Origin: an uncultured Nitrososphaerota archaeon | GTDB taxonomy: Archaea; Thermoproteota; Nitrososphaeria; Nitrososphaerales; CADDZS01 | Direction: 5' to 3' | Assembly: GCA_963799845.1 (NCBI GenBank) | Contig: CAWCYI010000004.1 | Span: 544,001 to 608,000 of the forward strand | DNA length: 64,000 bases | In this document: piece by piece, positions 1-9,921 of the stretch | Position numbering within the stretch: the stretch's first letter is position 1 | Layout of the letters: each line of letters begins with the position of its first letter | The notes under the pieces: model-generated | The model's input: only the letters and a program-made list of their open reading frames with translations | Told to the model about the DNA's origin: nothing | Databases searched by the model: none | Program-made: the position numbers and the translations under genes

Positions 1-420
1 CAGTCCAAGCGATGTGGAAATGTTAGAATAAAATGTCAAGGCCTCAGATTCATTGAAAGAGAATCTCGGTATTGGAGTATTTCCAACCGTAACGGTGGCA
101 TTTCCCGAACCGCAAGATGAAGAATTGGTAAAACTCGACGATGTTGCCGATTGAGAAATCGGGGAGCTGGTATTGCACGATGTACTTGAGGTTGTAGTCG
201 AAGTCGATGAAGACGAAGAATGAGAATTCGAGGGTGTGCTTGCAGCCGTGCTGATTGGAGGCGAGCTGGTGGACGAAGAGGAAACACTAGTTGCGGTACT
301 CGAAGTCGTAAGGGACGTTGAAGACTCGATCTGATCAGGGACCAAGTAAATCAGCGTCAACGAAGTCAGAAGCAAAGCCACGATAATTACCGCAAGTACT
401 GCGATGCGTTCTTTTTTCAT
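1..420 (-). CDS. Membrane-anchored Ser/Thr-rich secreted protein, N-terminal part (runs off window)
   Basis: Read manually: ATG at 420, MKKERIAVLAVIIVALLLTSLTLIYLV hydrophobic segment, then S/T-rich linker; frame open to position 1. Confidence 0.75.
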   Translation of the reverse strand, partial: MKKERIAVLAVIIVALLLTSLTLIYLVPDQIESSTSLTTSSTATSVSSSSTSSPPISTAASTPSNSHSSSSSTSTTTSSTSCNTSSPISQSATSSSFTNSSSCGSGNATVTVGNTPIPRFSFNESEALTFYSNISTSLGL

Positions 421-661
421 GAGATCTACTTACTGGATCGAACTCCAGTACACTAGCTGCTGTCTCAGACTAATTAAATCAAGACGCAATCCACAATTTG
501 CATGATATCTTCTGCTTGGGTGAAATAGAGGGCTTCGCCAAAGCACTGGAAAGAATGGGCAATCGAGTCCCAAGCTAATATGGTACGAAACGGTTACAAT
601 TGATTGCAAAAAATACAGACCAATCATATAGGGCTAGTCGGTCTAGAATCTTCCGAGGAAA

Positions 662-832
662 ATGACTTCAAAGATTCTGGTGTCGGTGTTCGACGCGCAG
701 ACCTCGAGGAGAAGATTTGAAACCATCCAAGACTACGAGCCGTGTTTGAATTGCGCTTGTCATCCCTCTTATCCGAAAACACCCGTGGTTACGTTGCACG
801 TCCGAGGAAAATGTGCAATATGTGGGACTTAG
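662..832 (+). CDS. Small putative zinc-finger protein (56 aa), below ORF-track cutoff
   Basis: MTSKILVSVFDAQTSRRRFETIQDYEPCLNCACHPSYPKTPVVTLHVRGKCAICGT; two CxxC pairs. Confidence 0.55.
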   Translation: MTSKILVSVFDAQTSRRRFETIQDYEPCLNCACHPSYPKTPVVTLHVRGKCAICGT

Positions 833-877
833 TTTCTTGGGTTTCAAGAACTGTTCGAGTGATCAAGGTCATTTTGA

Positions 878-1120
878 TTGGAGGATGACGGAGAAATGAA
901 TTTTATTATGAGTGTGCTTGTTCTGGCTGGGATTGTTGGAAGTTTCACACTAATAGTTGCGTATTACGTTTACTTCTTAATCCACATCTCTCTTGCCGAG
1001 AGTCTATTCATCGTCATATTTGTACCGAACATGCTCTGGTTCCTTATCGCGCCGATGGCGCTACATAATGCTCGGGCCACAGTTGCATCGTCCAGAGAAT
1101 ACCAATCTCGCCAGAATTGA
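878..1120 (+). CDS. Small two-TM membrane protein
   Basis: Two hydrophobic helices in 80-aa ORF; ATG at 896 is an alternative start. Confidence 0.55.
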   Translation: MEDDGEMNFIMSVLVLAGIVGSFTLIVAYYVYFLIHISLAESLFIVIFVPNMLWFLIAPMALHNARATVASSREYQSRQN

Positions 1121-1293
1121 AGTGGAAATGGAAAATGAACCTCCTAGATTTTTGAGAATCGTTCGCTCGAAAATCAAGCGTTTTTAAGAAAGTTAAATTC
1201 AATCTAGCTAAGAGCGACACTCAAACGTCAATTCCTTATGAAAAGGGCTTCAACGCCACTTTATTTGATTGCATAGGCAGAGCGCTTAGCTCG

Positions 1294-1584
1294 GTGTTTG
1301 GAAGACCCGCGGCATCAACGTTCTATTTTGCGATTGAGGAGCGAACTGGCCTACCAGAAGTCGATTTTCAAAAAAAGCCGCTGGTCGTACTGCAACACTT
1401 GAAGGAGATCCTGGGTGAAGCCGGGTTCCAGATTATTGAAAGATCAATAATCTGCGAAATCGTCAACACTTTTGGAATTGAGCAGGGTGAATCTCAAGGC
1501 ACTCTAACTGTGGTCGTTGAACTAGCGAGGAAGAACTATATTCAGAGTTCTTTGCAAGAAAAAGTCATAGGACCAAGCAGCTGA
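1294..1584 (+). CDS. Small helical archaeal domain (DUF3227/NitrOD5-like); probably extends upstream of the GTG
   Basis: Pattern ALSSVFG..AASTFYF..E ... LKEILG.AG..IIERSII; frame stays open upstream (FNATLFDCIGRALSS). Confidence 0.55.
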   Translation: MFGRPAASTFYFAIEERTGLPEVDFQKKPLVVLQHLKEILGEAGFQIIERSIICEIVNTFGIEQGESQGTLTVVVELARKNYIQSSLQEKVIGPSS

Positions 1585-1671
1585 CCGTGTCAAATGTTGC
1601 GGGCTACGTTTTAGGGCAAAAGATCCGGACATGTTCAGCCGTAATTTATCTCGAAGTTTCAGGAAATGTCT

Positions 1672-2505
1672 TTACAGCGATGCGATAATATCCCTTCTCA
1701 CTTTCTCTATCTTTTCACCTGGGCTTGCGTTTTGTCCGGACATTCCGAGAATGAAATAATTCATTCCGGCATCCACGTAACTGTCCACCTCTTTCTTCAG
1801 GGATGAAATGTCGTCCATGTAATTGATCAAAATCGAGAATACGAAACGACTCTGGTCTCTCCCGTGCTTTTGGAGACTCCCGACGATTGTTTTCTTCATC
1901 TCCGAGTAAGCTTCCGGCGGCGGAAAGAAATCGCCCGCCCATCTAGGTCCCACTGGAATCCAACCGTTACCCATTTTCCCAGTCAGTCTCAGCGTCCTCT
2001 GTCCGTGAGATCCGAACCAGATTTCAGGATGGGGCTTTTGTTTCGGCTTCGGATCAACTATCGCATCAATAGCATGCGTGAATTTTCCTTCGAATGTCAC
2101 CGGTTGATCCTCGGTCCAGAGTCTCGTGATCAAATCGACGCCTTCCTCCGTCGCCTTTATTCGATCTGAAGTCTCCAGCCATTTCGAGAAACCGTCAAAC
2201 TCCGGCTTGTTCCAGCCAATTCCAGCCCCCAGGATGGTTCTCCCGTTCGAAAGGTAATCCAGTGTTGCAACCATCTTGGCAAGTATACCGGGAGGTCGGA
2301 ACGGAATCGGAGTGACGCAAGTCCCCAACCTGATGTTATGAGTCCGTCCCGTCAAATACGGAAGAAAAGTCCACGCGTCAAGCGATCCTTTTGTAAAGTG
2401 GTCTGTAACCAGAAAACAATCAAAACCCAGCTCTTCCCCCTTGTCAGCTATCTCCAGCAAAACCTCCGGGCCGGAATCGCCATCGGCAGCAAGACCAAAT
2501 TTCAT
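1672..2505 (-). CDS. LLM-class (luciferase-like) F420/flavin-dependent oxidoreductase
   Basis: GFD..VTDHF, IRLGTCV, R.PG.LAKM.ATLD.LS.GR..LG.G.GW, PKP.Q.PHP.IW.G motifs. Confidence 0.92.
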   Translation of the reverse strand: MKFGLAADGDSGPEVLLEIADKGEELGFDCFLVTDHFTKGSLDAWTFLPYLTGRTHNIRLGTCVTPIPFRPPGILAKMVATLDYLSNGRTILGAGIGWNKPEFDGFSKWLETSDRIKATEEGVDLITRLWTEDQPVTFEGKFTHAIDAIVDPKPKQKPHPEIWFGSHGQRTLRLTGKMGNGWIPVGPRWAGDFFPPPEAYSEMKKTIVGSLQKHGRDQSRFVFSILINYMDDISSLKKEVDSYVDAGMNYFILGMSGQNASPGEKIEKVRRDIIASL

Positions 2506-2682
2506 TATGATTTCTTTCGACTCCTGGATAACTATTTATCAAAAATGGTTACGAAGTGGTTTGCTTCACAAGATCCCTTTCCAGGATAGATTGAGAACCG
2601 ACGGCTACGGAAGTTCGCAACGGAGAATGATAGGTCGAACGCAAAGCAATGCTTACAGACAGCGAACTACATCGTAACTTCC

Positions 2683-2931
2683 GTGCGGATCAAAGTTCGG
2701 GTTTCCCCCAATTCTACGGAGGCACGCGTAGTCAAAATCGGAGAAGTTGACTACGAGGTCAAGGTTGACGAAAAACCCGAAGGAGGTCGAGCAAACAAGA
2801 GGCTCGTGGAAATCCTGTCCAAACACTTTCGAGTACCCAAGAGCAAGATATTCATCGTTAGCGGGACAAAATCCAGAGACAAGATTGTCGAGATAATTTC
2901 CGACAGCGGCAGAAATCAGGAAAATCCCTAA
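2683..2931 (+). CDS. DUF167/YggU (UPF0235) protein
   Basis: V.V.PN...P.GG.AN..L...LSK.F.VPKS.I.IVSG.KSR.K. Confidence 0.9.
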   Translation: MRIKVRVSPNSTEARVVKIGEVDYEVKVDEKPEGGRANKRLVEILSKHFRVPKSKIFIVSGTKSRDKIVEIISDSGRNQENP

Positions 2932-2945
2932 ACCGCCGCAGGTTT

Positions 2946-3767
2946 CTAGATCGGATCTGCGTCCTTCAGTGTCTCTTTCCACTCGCGAATTGCTTTGTCT
3001 CCGGCCCGCCCTAGTATCCTCTTCTTTATTTTCAGATCAGCCCATCGATCCATGTCGATGACTCTCTGAGTCTCGGAGTAAGAGTAGTAGACGCCTTTAC
3101 CGGAAGAAATCAGCCTCTCCCACTCGATAACGTTTTCCAGAACATCTTTCAACTGAAGCGTGTCGGTCCACATGCTCTTGAAAACAAGAGTACCCTGCTT
3201 GTTAATCACGAAAACTCCGTTCGCCCTCGACCCGTAAACCTGGTTTATCTGGCCCTCAATTGAGTCAACCAGAATCGGGATGCGAAAATCCTCCGCGTTT
3301 TTCAGATCTTTTGCCCTTCGCAACTTCTCTTCATAGGACTTGTGCTGGGTAATGTTCTCCCCGGGGTGTGCCTCCCTTGTGTACACGATGAAAAATTCGA
3401 ATCCCTTACCGGAATATTCCAGGGCAAGTTTTTCCAAGGAAACAGCGGTGTACTTTACAGCGTTCACGAACGGCGGACAGGTTGAGCAGCCAAACTCCAA
3501 GACGACATTTGACTTGCCTTTCAAATCGGAGAGCCTTACTCTGTAACCATCACTCGTCAGCGCCTCGAAATCAGGGGCAGGATTTCCGACCTTCGGGTTG
3601 TTGATGAAGCCGGAGAGTAGTTCCGGACGAAACGAGGAATCATACCATTGTGTGAATGATTCATAATTGTACGCGTCTTGGGAGATCATAACGATAGCCG
3701 AAGTTCCCCCGCAATTAAACAATTTCCAGAAGAGGGACTGTCGCGAAAGAAAATCATCCCGGTTCAC
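2946..3767 (-). CDS. Thioredoxin-fold iodothyronine-deiodinase-like / AhpC-TSA protein
   Basis: G.PAPDF, LEFGCSTCPPF, VYTREAHP motifs. Confidence 0.8.
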   Translation of the reverse strand: MNRDDFLSRQSLFWKLFNCGGTSAIVMISQDAYNYESFTQWYDSSFRPELLSGFINNPKVGNPAPDFEALTSDGYRVRLSDLKGKSNVVLEFGCSTCPPFVNAVKYTAVSLEKLALEYSGKGFEFFIVYTREAHPGENITQHKSYEEKLRRAKDLKNAEDFRIPILVDSIEGQINQVYGSRANGVFVINKQGTLVFKSMWTDTLQLKDVLENVIEWERLISSGKGVYYSYSETQRVIDMDRWADLKIKKRILGRAGDKAIREWKETLKDADPI

Positions 3768-3830
3768 ACTCTTTCACTATATAGTCTAGGGACTTTCCGC
3801 ATATATCCATCGAGAGGATACGATTTTGCC

Positions 3831-4373
3831 ATGAGGACCGTGCTCGGAGTCTCACTTCTCGTAATCGGATTGGTCATCGGCGTCGCAGCAGGCTTTGTTT
3901 TGTCAACAGGAAACATCGTTCCTTCAACTTCGGTAATCACTTCGACAACTCTATCGACGGTGTTGAGTCTCATGACTTTCACTCAAACCACAACGGTTCG
4001 GAGTGCAGTCTCATCGCAAAGCCCAATAGCAATCCATAGCTCCACGTCAAGTGTAAGTACTTCTTCAATTGTGCAAACGACTAACGCCTCTTCAGTAGCG
4101 TCTTTTTCGCAGAACGTAACGATTTCAGGTCCGGTTTCGACCGAATACGGTACTGTCCCTTACGAAGTGGTTTTCTATTCGGCCTCGGGTGTCGGATACA
4201 GTTTTCCAGTCAACGGTGGTCAAGCTTTTACAGGGAGTATTCCTAATGACGAAACCTACACAGTTACCATCTATTTGTACACTAACCAAGGAGGGACTTC
4301 TTCATGTAATCTTGCGCAACCACTTACTATTGAATCCACCGTGCCGATTTATTCGGTAAGTCTATCCTGCTGA
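3831..4373 (+). CDS. Membrane-anchored Ser/Thr-rich protein with small C-terminal beta domain
   Basis: ATG 3831 followed by hydrophobic helix, S/T linker, beta-rich tail. Confidence 0.7.
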   Translation: MRTVLGVSLLVIGLVIGVAAGFVLSTGNIVPSTSVITSTTLSTVLSLMTFTQTTTVRSAVSSQSPIAIHSSTSSVSTSSIVQTTNASSVASFSQNVTISGPVSTEYGTVPYEVVFYSASGVGYSFPVNGGQAFTGSIPNDETYTVTIYLYTNQGGTSSCNLAQPLTIESTVPIYSVSLSC

Positions 4374-4440
4374 TAATTCTCTGTGAAAAATCAAGCTCAA
4401 TGTTCTCTTAAAGAGCTCTTCAAAACTAGCCCTTTGTAGG

Positions 4441-5355
4441 ATGCTCGTAGGACCTCTCCTTGGACTTGCGACAGCGGTCATTTGGGGAATGGGAGACTTT
4501 CTGTCCCGCAAACCTTCGGAACAGATCGGTTCGTTTCTCTCTTCGATCCTAATCCAGCCGATAGGACTCGTGATGATGCTTTGCATACTGCTTCTGTCCC
4601 CCACACAAAATTATGATGCCATAATTCTATCGCACCCATTTTACTTTGATGTCAACCTTGCCCTGGGAGGAGTAGTTTTTCTTGGGATTGTTTTCCTATT
4701 TCGAGGATATTCTTTGGGTGTGATGTCTGTTGTGGCGCCGATCGCGGGAGCATACCCAATAGTAACTGTATCGCTCTCAGTTTTGCTCCTTGGAACCGTT
4801 CTGACTCCGATTCGCACTTTTGCTATCGTCGCCACCATCATTGGCATTCTGTTGACCGGAGCAAAAGTTTCTACGTTTAGATCGGTATTCAGAAAAAGTG
4901 CGAGAAACGAAGGCGTCATTGTAGAAAGGAAAAAAATCATAGAAGGAGCGGATTACGGCCTGGCCGCTATGCTCTTTGCTGGGTTCGGACTGTTTGGTCT
5001 GGGCGTGGTTGCGCCTGTTATTGGTTCAATTTTCAGCGTAGTGATCCTAAAGACGGTTGAAACCATCGTGGCTTTTTTTATGTTTCTTGTCCTCTCAAAG
5101 AAGGTGAAGCCCAGCCGCCGAACTTGGGCCTACCTCATCGTAATCGGGGCGTGTGACGCTGGCGGATTTGCTACGTACAACTTTGGCGTGCTCGCCGCTG
5201 GAAGCAGTTTACCCATAGTGGTGACATTATCGAGCTTGCTTGGCGCTGTGACTGTCATTCTGGCGAGGGTTTTCTACAAGGAGAGACTCGAAAAAATCCA
5301 GACGATCGGTATCGTGATTATCTTCGCGGCCGTCGCAATTATTCTTTATTTCTAG
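4441..5355 (+). CDS. EamA/DMT family transporter
   Basis: About 10 TM helices, WG.GDF, G.MSVVAPI...YP, ILAR.FYKERL. Confidence 0.9.
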   Translation: MLVGPLLGLATAVIWGMGDFLSRKPSEQIGSFLSSILIQPIGLVMMLCILLLSPTQNYDAIILSHPFYFDVNLALGGVVFLGIVFLFRGYSLGVMSVVAPIAGAYPIVTVSLSVLLLGTVLTPIRTFAIVATIIGILLTGAKVSTFRSVFRKSARNEGVIVERKKIIEGADYGLAAMLFAGFGLFGLGVVAPVIGSIFSVVILKTVETIVAFFMFLVLSKKVKPSRRTWAYLIVIGACDAGGFATYNFGVLAAGSSLPIVVTLSSLLGAVTVILARVFYKERLEKIQTIGIVIIFAAVAIILYF

Positions 5356-5474
5356 TCTCAACCCGGCATCCACTCATTAAGTTCGATCAGCATAACATTA
5401 AGCCTTGAAAATCGGTCTGAAGAACGCATGCTTATATCGGTGTTAGATATAATTCGCAAGCGGAGGATCTTACC

Positions 5475-5841
5475 ATTCCGCATGAAAACGACGAATGCGA
5501 AGCGAAAGAAGGTTCACGGTTTTCAGACTTTCAGGATTTTTTCAAAGAATCCTTTTTTGATGGAATTGCCAAAATTACCGGTCAAAGCTCCGCTGAAGCA
5601 ATCCTGTATCACATAAAGTTTGATGAAAATTCGAGAAACTTCCTGGCTGTCCATTCTGGAATCGAATCGATGCTTGGAAAATCAGGAGCGATGATTGTCG
5701 AAAAATCGATAATCAACGAAATGTTCACGCGCCTCAAAGAGAAGCCCCCGCAGATCTTGAATATGTCGAATGAAACCTTTGATTTTGCAAAATCTGCAAA
5801 GTACATCCGCACGATTTACAACGAACGGGCTAATCGATAGT
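5475..5841 (+). CDS. DUF3227/NitrOD5-like small helical protein missed by ORF track; start uncertain
   Basis: Open frame ...FQDFFKESFFDGIAKITGQSSAEAILYHIKFDENSRNFLAVHSGIESMLGKSGAMIVEKSIINEMF...; resembles the 1294 ORF; no ATG/GTG/TTG upstream of the conserved part. Confidence 0.5.
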
Positions 5842-6112
5842 AAGCTTTTGACTTTACGATAAGAATGTACGTTCCTTTTATGATCTCGTATCGTAAAATT
5901 AGCGCTAAGATATTTCACTTTCCAGAGAAAAAAGATCAACACAGCTCGCCTTTTTCCTTACAATAATTGGTTTGAATATAGATCCAGTATTGATGCTAGA
6001 ACCACCAACCCCTGCAGGAGAACCGTTTGCGGCGCATGAGGCAGAGGAGAACAAAACAACAGCGGGCTTTGAACAGGTCTGCTTAACCCTAGTCGAACGC
6101 GGGTGGAAAATA

Positions 6113-6442
6113 ATGCCCAAGAAGGGAAATTATCCAATCAACAAACAGGGCCCTCGCTATGTAAACCTGGTAGATCCACGCGGAAACAGAAAATCGGTTC
6201 GAGTTACTGACGAAAATCTCTGGGAGAAACTGAGAGTCGTCGAATCGAAGAGATTGCACAAGAGGGAGAACAAGAAAACATCGAAGACGACTGAAAACGC
6301 GCCTTCTAGAGGTGAATCAGGCAGTACCAAGGTAGAAGAAGCGAATCAGGCTCAAGTGGCGTCGATAGCAGATGTTGAACATTCGCCCACAGTCTCGATC
6401 GTGTCCAATCAGCCATCGCTTGAGCAGACCAATGTCAGCTAA
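6113..6442 (+). CDS. Hypothetical basic protein
   Basis: ORF 5972..6442; ATG at 6113 (MPKKGNYP) is a plausible start. Confidence 0.5.
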   Translation: MPKKGNYPINKQGPRYVNLVDPRGNRKSVRVTDENLWEKLRVVESKRLHKRENKKTSKTTENAPSRGESGSTKVEEANQAQVASIADVEHSPTVSIVSNQPSLEQTNVS

Positions 6443-6899
6443 CTCACCGACCGAAATTGAATTGACAACAACCGCGGAAGATCCGGCAATCCTTTCTCCA
6501 GCCGAGAATACTCTCGAGAGCACCGATATCGTGCCTCGGCCTCAGGAAAGTCATGAGACAAAGGCCGAAATTGTCGGGAATCCTCCAAAAGAATTCCAGA
6601 ATCTTGCCCTCACCAGTCCCGAGCTCCAGAAATCAATCTTTGATCTGGGATTTGAAACTCTCCTGACTGCGCTGCAATCTGAGTCAATTACCCCGGCCGA
6701 AATTGTCCAGAAAATCCAGGATTGGAGCATGGAATCAAAGAATCTGATAGAGTACGTCCACAAATGGCAAGAATCTAAGCAGAAGCCAATGCTTCCTGAC
6801 ACCTCGGAAAAAGATGATCTGATCGCTGAACTGCAATCGACATTGAAGGAGACCGAAGGAAAGCTATCTGAGATGCTAAAATCTCTCCGCGAGATTTAA
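6432..6899 (+). CDS. Hypothetical acidic coiled-coil protein
   Basis: Overlaps end of preceding ORF; C-terminal heptads. Confidence 0.6.
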   Translation: MSANSPTEIELTTTAEDPAILSPAENTLESTDIVPRPQESHETKAEIVGNPPKEFQNLALTSPELQKSIFDLGFETLLTALQSESITPAEIVQKIQDWSMESKNLIEYVHKWQESKQKPMLPDTSEKDDLIAELQSTLKETEGKLSEMLKSLREI

Positions 6900-6907
6900 C
6901 CCCGAAA

Positions 6908-6941
6908 GCCCCAGAAACTCACTGGGGCAACAGTTTTGTTT
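6908..6941 (+). terminator. GC hairpin plus T-rich tail
   Basis: GCCCCAG-N7-CTGGGGC followed by AACAGTTTTGTTT directly after the stop at 6899. Confidence 0.45.
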
Positions 6942-7193
6942 CCACCCGTTCGGTTTTCAGGATAACGTCGCTTTCAAGTCTTATCAGCTTGCTATCTACC
7001 AGTCTTTCAGCTTCCTCTTTATTCCTGGCTGAAACTGCAATTTTTACACTTACTTCAAAGGTCGGCAACGGTCACTGTCACAATACAACTCTCCGAGTCG
7101 GTATTCAGTATTAAGGTTTGAACCCCTTTCCAATTGGCGGCAATCGAGAAAATTGCGTTAATCCTTTTTAGATTCTTCATCACACAGAAGGGC

Positions 7194-7505
7194 ATGACAG
7201 ACGAAGAGTATCGTAGATATTCAGCTACCGAAATAACAAACGAGATGAAGAATCTCAAGACCTGGAAGGTCGTAAAGGGTAAACTTCACAGGGAACTTGA
7301 GTTTCGAACTTTCGACGACGCCGTGGCATTCATGATGCGCTCGTCACTAGAAATTACAAAGCTTGACCATCACCCCGATTGGTATAATGTCTACAACCGG
7401 GTGAAGATCGATTTGGTCACGCATGACCTTGACGGCATTAGTGGTTACGATTTCATCCTCGCAAAGAAACTGGATGAGATTGCGAAGATCTTCAAGGCCA
7501 AGTAA
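7194..7505 (+). CDS. phhB: Pterin-4-alpha-carbinolamine dehydratase
   Basis: W....L.RE..F.TF..A.AFM, DHHPDW.NVYN.V.I.L.THD..GIS..D..LA. Confidence 0.92.
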   Translation: MTDEEYRRYSATEITNEMKNLKTWKVVKGKLHRELEFRTFDDAVAFMMRSSLEITKLDHHPDWYNVYNRVKIDLVTHDLDGISGYDFILAKKLDEIAKIFKAK

Positions 7506-7538
7506 GAAAGCTACTAACACTTTCCCATTTTGGCCTAA

Positions 7539-7561
7539 ATTAGTTTTATCATAAAACTAAT
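7539..7561. promoter_or_regulatory. Perfect AT-rich palindrome, candidate MarR operator
   Basis: ATTAGTTTTAT-C-ATAAAACTAAT upstream of the marR-ABC operon. Confidence 0.5.
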
Positions 7562-7654
7562 GCACCAGCCAATCAGTTTATTAGACAGCTTTCTCCATTA
7601 TTGATATAGAGAAGCATCGGCTTTCGATCTTTTCCCTTTCGAAGACCTGATAAT

Positions 7655-8101
7655 TTGAGTAATAATTTAGAGCAAGAGAAGGAAGAATCCGTTTCCGAAA
7701 AGATAGCGGATTACATCTGGGAAATCTGGCGTGCCTCCAAGACGGCATCGCATCCAGTGCGAGTCGGCGAAGTTACGCCGGAACAATACTGGATACTTCG
7801 TTTCTTGTATACCGCGGGTTCCCAGCGTGTGAAGGATATTGCGTCCTACATTGGAACGACTCCTAGTCCCGTTACGATTTCTGTAAAGAGACTCGAACGC
7901 CAGAATCTTGTCAAGCGGGAAAGGAATACCAAAGATGAGCGGGTGGTCATCGTCAATCTCACAAAGCAGGGGAAAGAGCGGTTTGAGACCTGGAGATTGC
8001 GAAGAAGAAAAGCGATTTCAGGGGTTTTTGATTCGTTGAACTCTACCGAGAAGAAAGTTTTGCTGGGATTATTGCAAAAAATAGCGCTATCTAACAATTA
8101 G
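7655..8101 (+). CDS. MarR family transcriptional regulator
   Basis: T.EQY.IL, VKRLE..NLV.R....DERV..V.LT..G. Confidence 0.92.
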   Translation: MSNNLEQEKEESVSEKIADYIWEIWRASKTASHPVRVGEVTPEQYWILRFLYTAGSQRVKDIASYIGTTPSPVTISVKRLERQNLVKRERNTKDERVVIVNLTKQGKERFETWRLRRRKAISGVFDSLNSTEKKVLLGLLQKIALSNN

Positions 8102-8112
8102 GAGACAAGAAA

Positions 8113-9111
8113 ATGTACGCCGTTGAAGCAAATAAACTGACGAAGACTTTTGGCAAGGGCTTCGTTGCTGTGAACGCTATTGATCTTAACGTCGAGGAAG
8201 GCGAGATTTTCGGTTTGCTCGGCCCAAACGGAGCCGGTAAGACGACGACCATCAGGATAATAATTACTCTGACCAAACCAACTTCAGGATCAATTTCGGT
8301 GCTGGGAGTCGATGCGGTAAGAAAGCCCTCTCAGATCCGCCAGATGATCGGATACGTCCCTCAGGCAGTTTCTGTAGACGGAGACCTGACGGCTTATGAA
8401 AATCTCCTGATATACTCGAAACTCTTTCACGTCGACCGCAACATCCGAAAGAAAAGAATCGTGGAAGCTCTCGAATACATGGATTTGAGCGATAGGACAA
8501 ACGACATGGTGAAACACTTTTCCGGAGGGATGATGCGAAGGCTTGAGATCGCGCAGTCCCTTGTCAACCGTCCCAAGGTGTTATTTTTAGATGAGCCAAG
8601 CATAGGACTTGATCCGACATCGAAAAGGCAGGGGTGGAAGTACGTGAAAAATTTGAACCGAGAGTTCGGTGTTACGATATTCATCACCACGCATGACATG
8701 CTAGAAGCTGACGAACTCTGCGACAGGATCGCCATCATGAGCCGCGGAGACATTGCGATAATGGGTTCTCCGGCAGAATTGAAAAACTCAGTCGGTGGGG
8801 ACATGATAATCGTCAAGACCCCCATTCCGATCACCAACGTTCTGCTTCCAAGGGAACTGGGTTCAATTGTCAGCACGGATCTCAATGAAATCAAGATTCA
8901 AACAATCGGCGCGGCAGAATTGGCTCTACCGCGAGTAATGGAATTTTTCACCAGGACGGGTACAACTATCGAGTCGATTTCGATTAGCAAGTCAAACTTG
9001 GAGGATGTGTTTACAAAGTACACAAAGGCGGCCCTGAACGAGGATCAGGACGCGGGACTTTACAAGGAAGCGAAGGTTGCCCGCCGAAGTTTTCAGAGAC
9101 ATTCCGGTTAA
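8113..9111 (+). CDS. ABC transporter ATP-binding protein (DrrA-like)
   Basis: Walker A GPNGAGKTT, FSGGM signature, LFLDEP. Confidence 0.95.
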   Translation: MYAVEANKLTKTFGKGFVAVNAIDLNVEEGEIFGLLGPNGAGKTTTIRIIITLTKPTSGSISVLGVDAVRKPSQIRQMIGYVPQAVSVDGDLTAYENLLIYSKLFHVDRNIRKKRIVEALEYMDLSDRTNDMVKHFSGGMMRRLEIAQSLVNRPKVLFLDEPSIGLDPTSKRQGWKYVKNLNREFGVTIFITTHDMLEADELCDRIAIMSRGDIAIMGSPAELKNSVGGDMIIVKTPIPITNVLLPRELGSIVSTDLNEIKIQTIGAAELALPRVMEFFTRTGTTIESISISKSNLEDVFTKYTKAALNEDQDAGLYKEAKVARRSFQRHSG

Positions 9112-9114
9112 GCA

Positions 9115-9912
9115 GTGGAAATTATGTCATCAATCATTACTTCACTCAACAGGTCAGTCGAAAGCGCGCTTACAATAGCGGAGATGGAAGCAAGAAAAAT
9201 TCGGCATGACTCGACAGAACTCTGGGCAAGAGCAATACAGCCCGCTCTGTGGCTTTTGATCTTCGGAGAAGTGTTCAGCGGGATAAGAGCCGGACTGGCT
9301 CCCGCGGGATTCACGTATCTGCAGTACATCGCCCCGGGCATACTGGCTCAATCAGTCCTATTCATCGCGATATTCTACGGAATTACCGTTGTCTGGGAGC
9401 GAGATGTCGGTCTATTGACGAAGTTGATGTCCACACCTTCGCCGAGGACGTCGATAATTGTCGGTAAGGCTCTTGCATCTGGCGTGAGAGGAATTTTTCA
9501 GGCGATAGTGATATTCGCGCTGGCTCTGATTTTAGGCGTGACTATCAATCTTGCCCCGTTGAACATCCTCGCTGTCCTATCAGTGACAGTATTGTTTGCC
9601 ATGTGCTTTTCGTGCCTGTCAATGTTCATCGCTTCTCTGCTGAGAACGAGGGAAAGGATGATGGGAATCGGTCAGGCGATAACCATACCACTGTTTTTCG
9701 CAAGCAGCGCGATCTACCCGCTATCCCTGATGCCTTCGTGGCTGAGAGCTATTGCCGTCATAAATCCTCTGACCTACGTCGTGGACGCCTTGCGTGCACT
9801 GCTCCTTCCAAATTATCAGGCAAATCTTCCGCTCGATGTATTCGCTCTTGTCACAGCGACTCTTCTATTCACCGCACTCGCGTCGATCTCTATCAAACGA
9901 CTGATAGATTGA
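9115..9912 (+). CDS. ABC-2 permease (DrrB-like)
   Basis: Y.QYIAPG, WERD.G, NPLTY.VDALR. Confidence 0.92.
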   Translation: MEIMSSIITSLNRSVESALTIAEMEARKIRHDSTELWARAIQPALWLLIFGEVFSGIRAGLAPAGFTYLQYIAPGILAQSVLFIAIFYGITVVWERDVGLLTKLMSTPSPRTSIIVGKALASGVRGIFQAIVIFALALILGVTINLAPLNILAVLSVTVLFAMCFSCLSMFIASLLRTRERMMGIGQAITIPLFFASSAIYPLSLMPSWLRAIAVINPLTYVVDALRALLLPNYQANLPLDVFALVTATLLFTALASISIKRLID

Positions 9913-9921
9913 ATATTCCAT

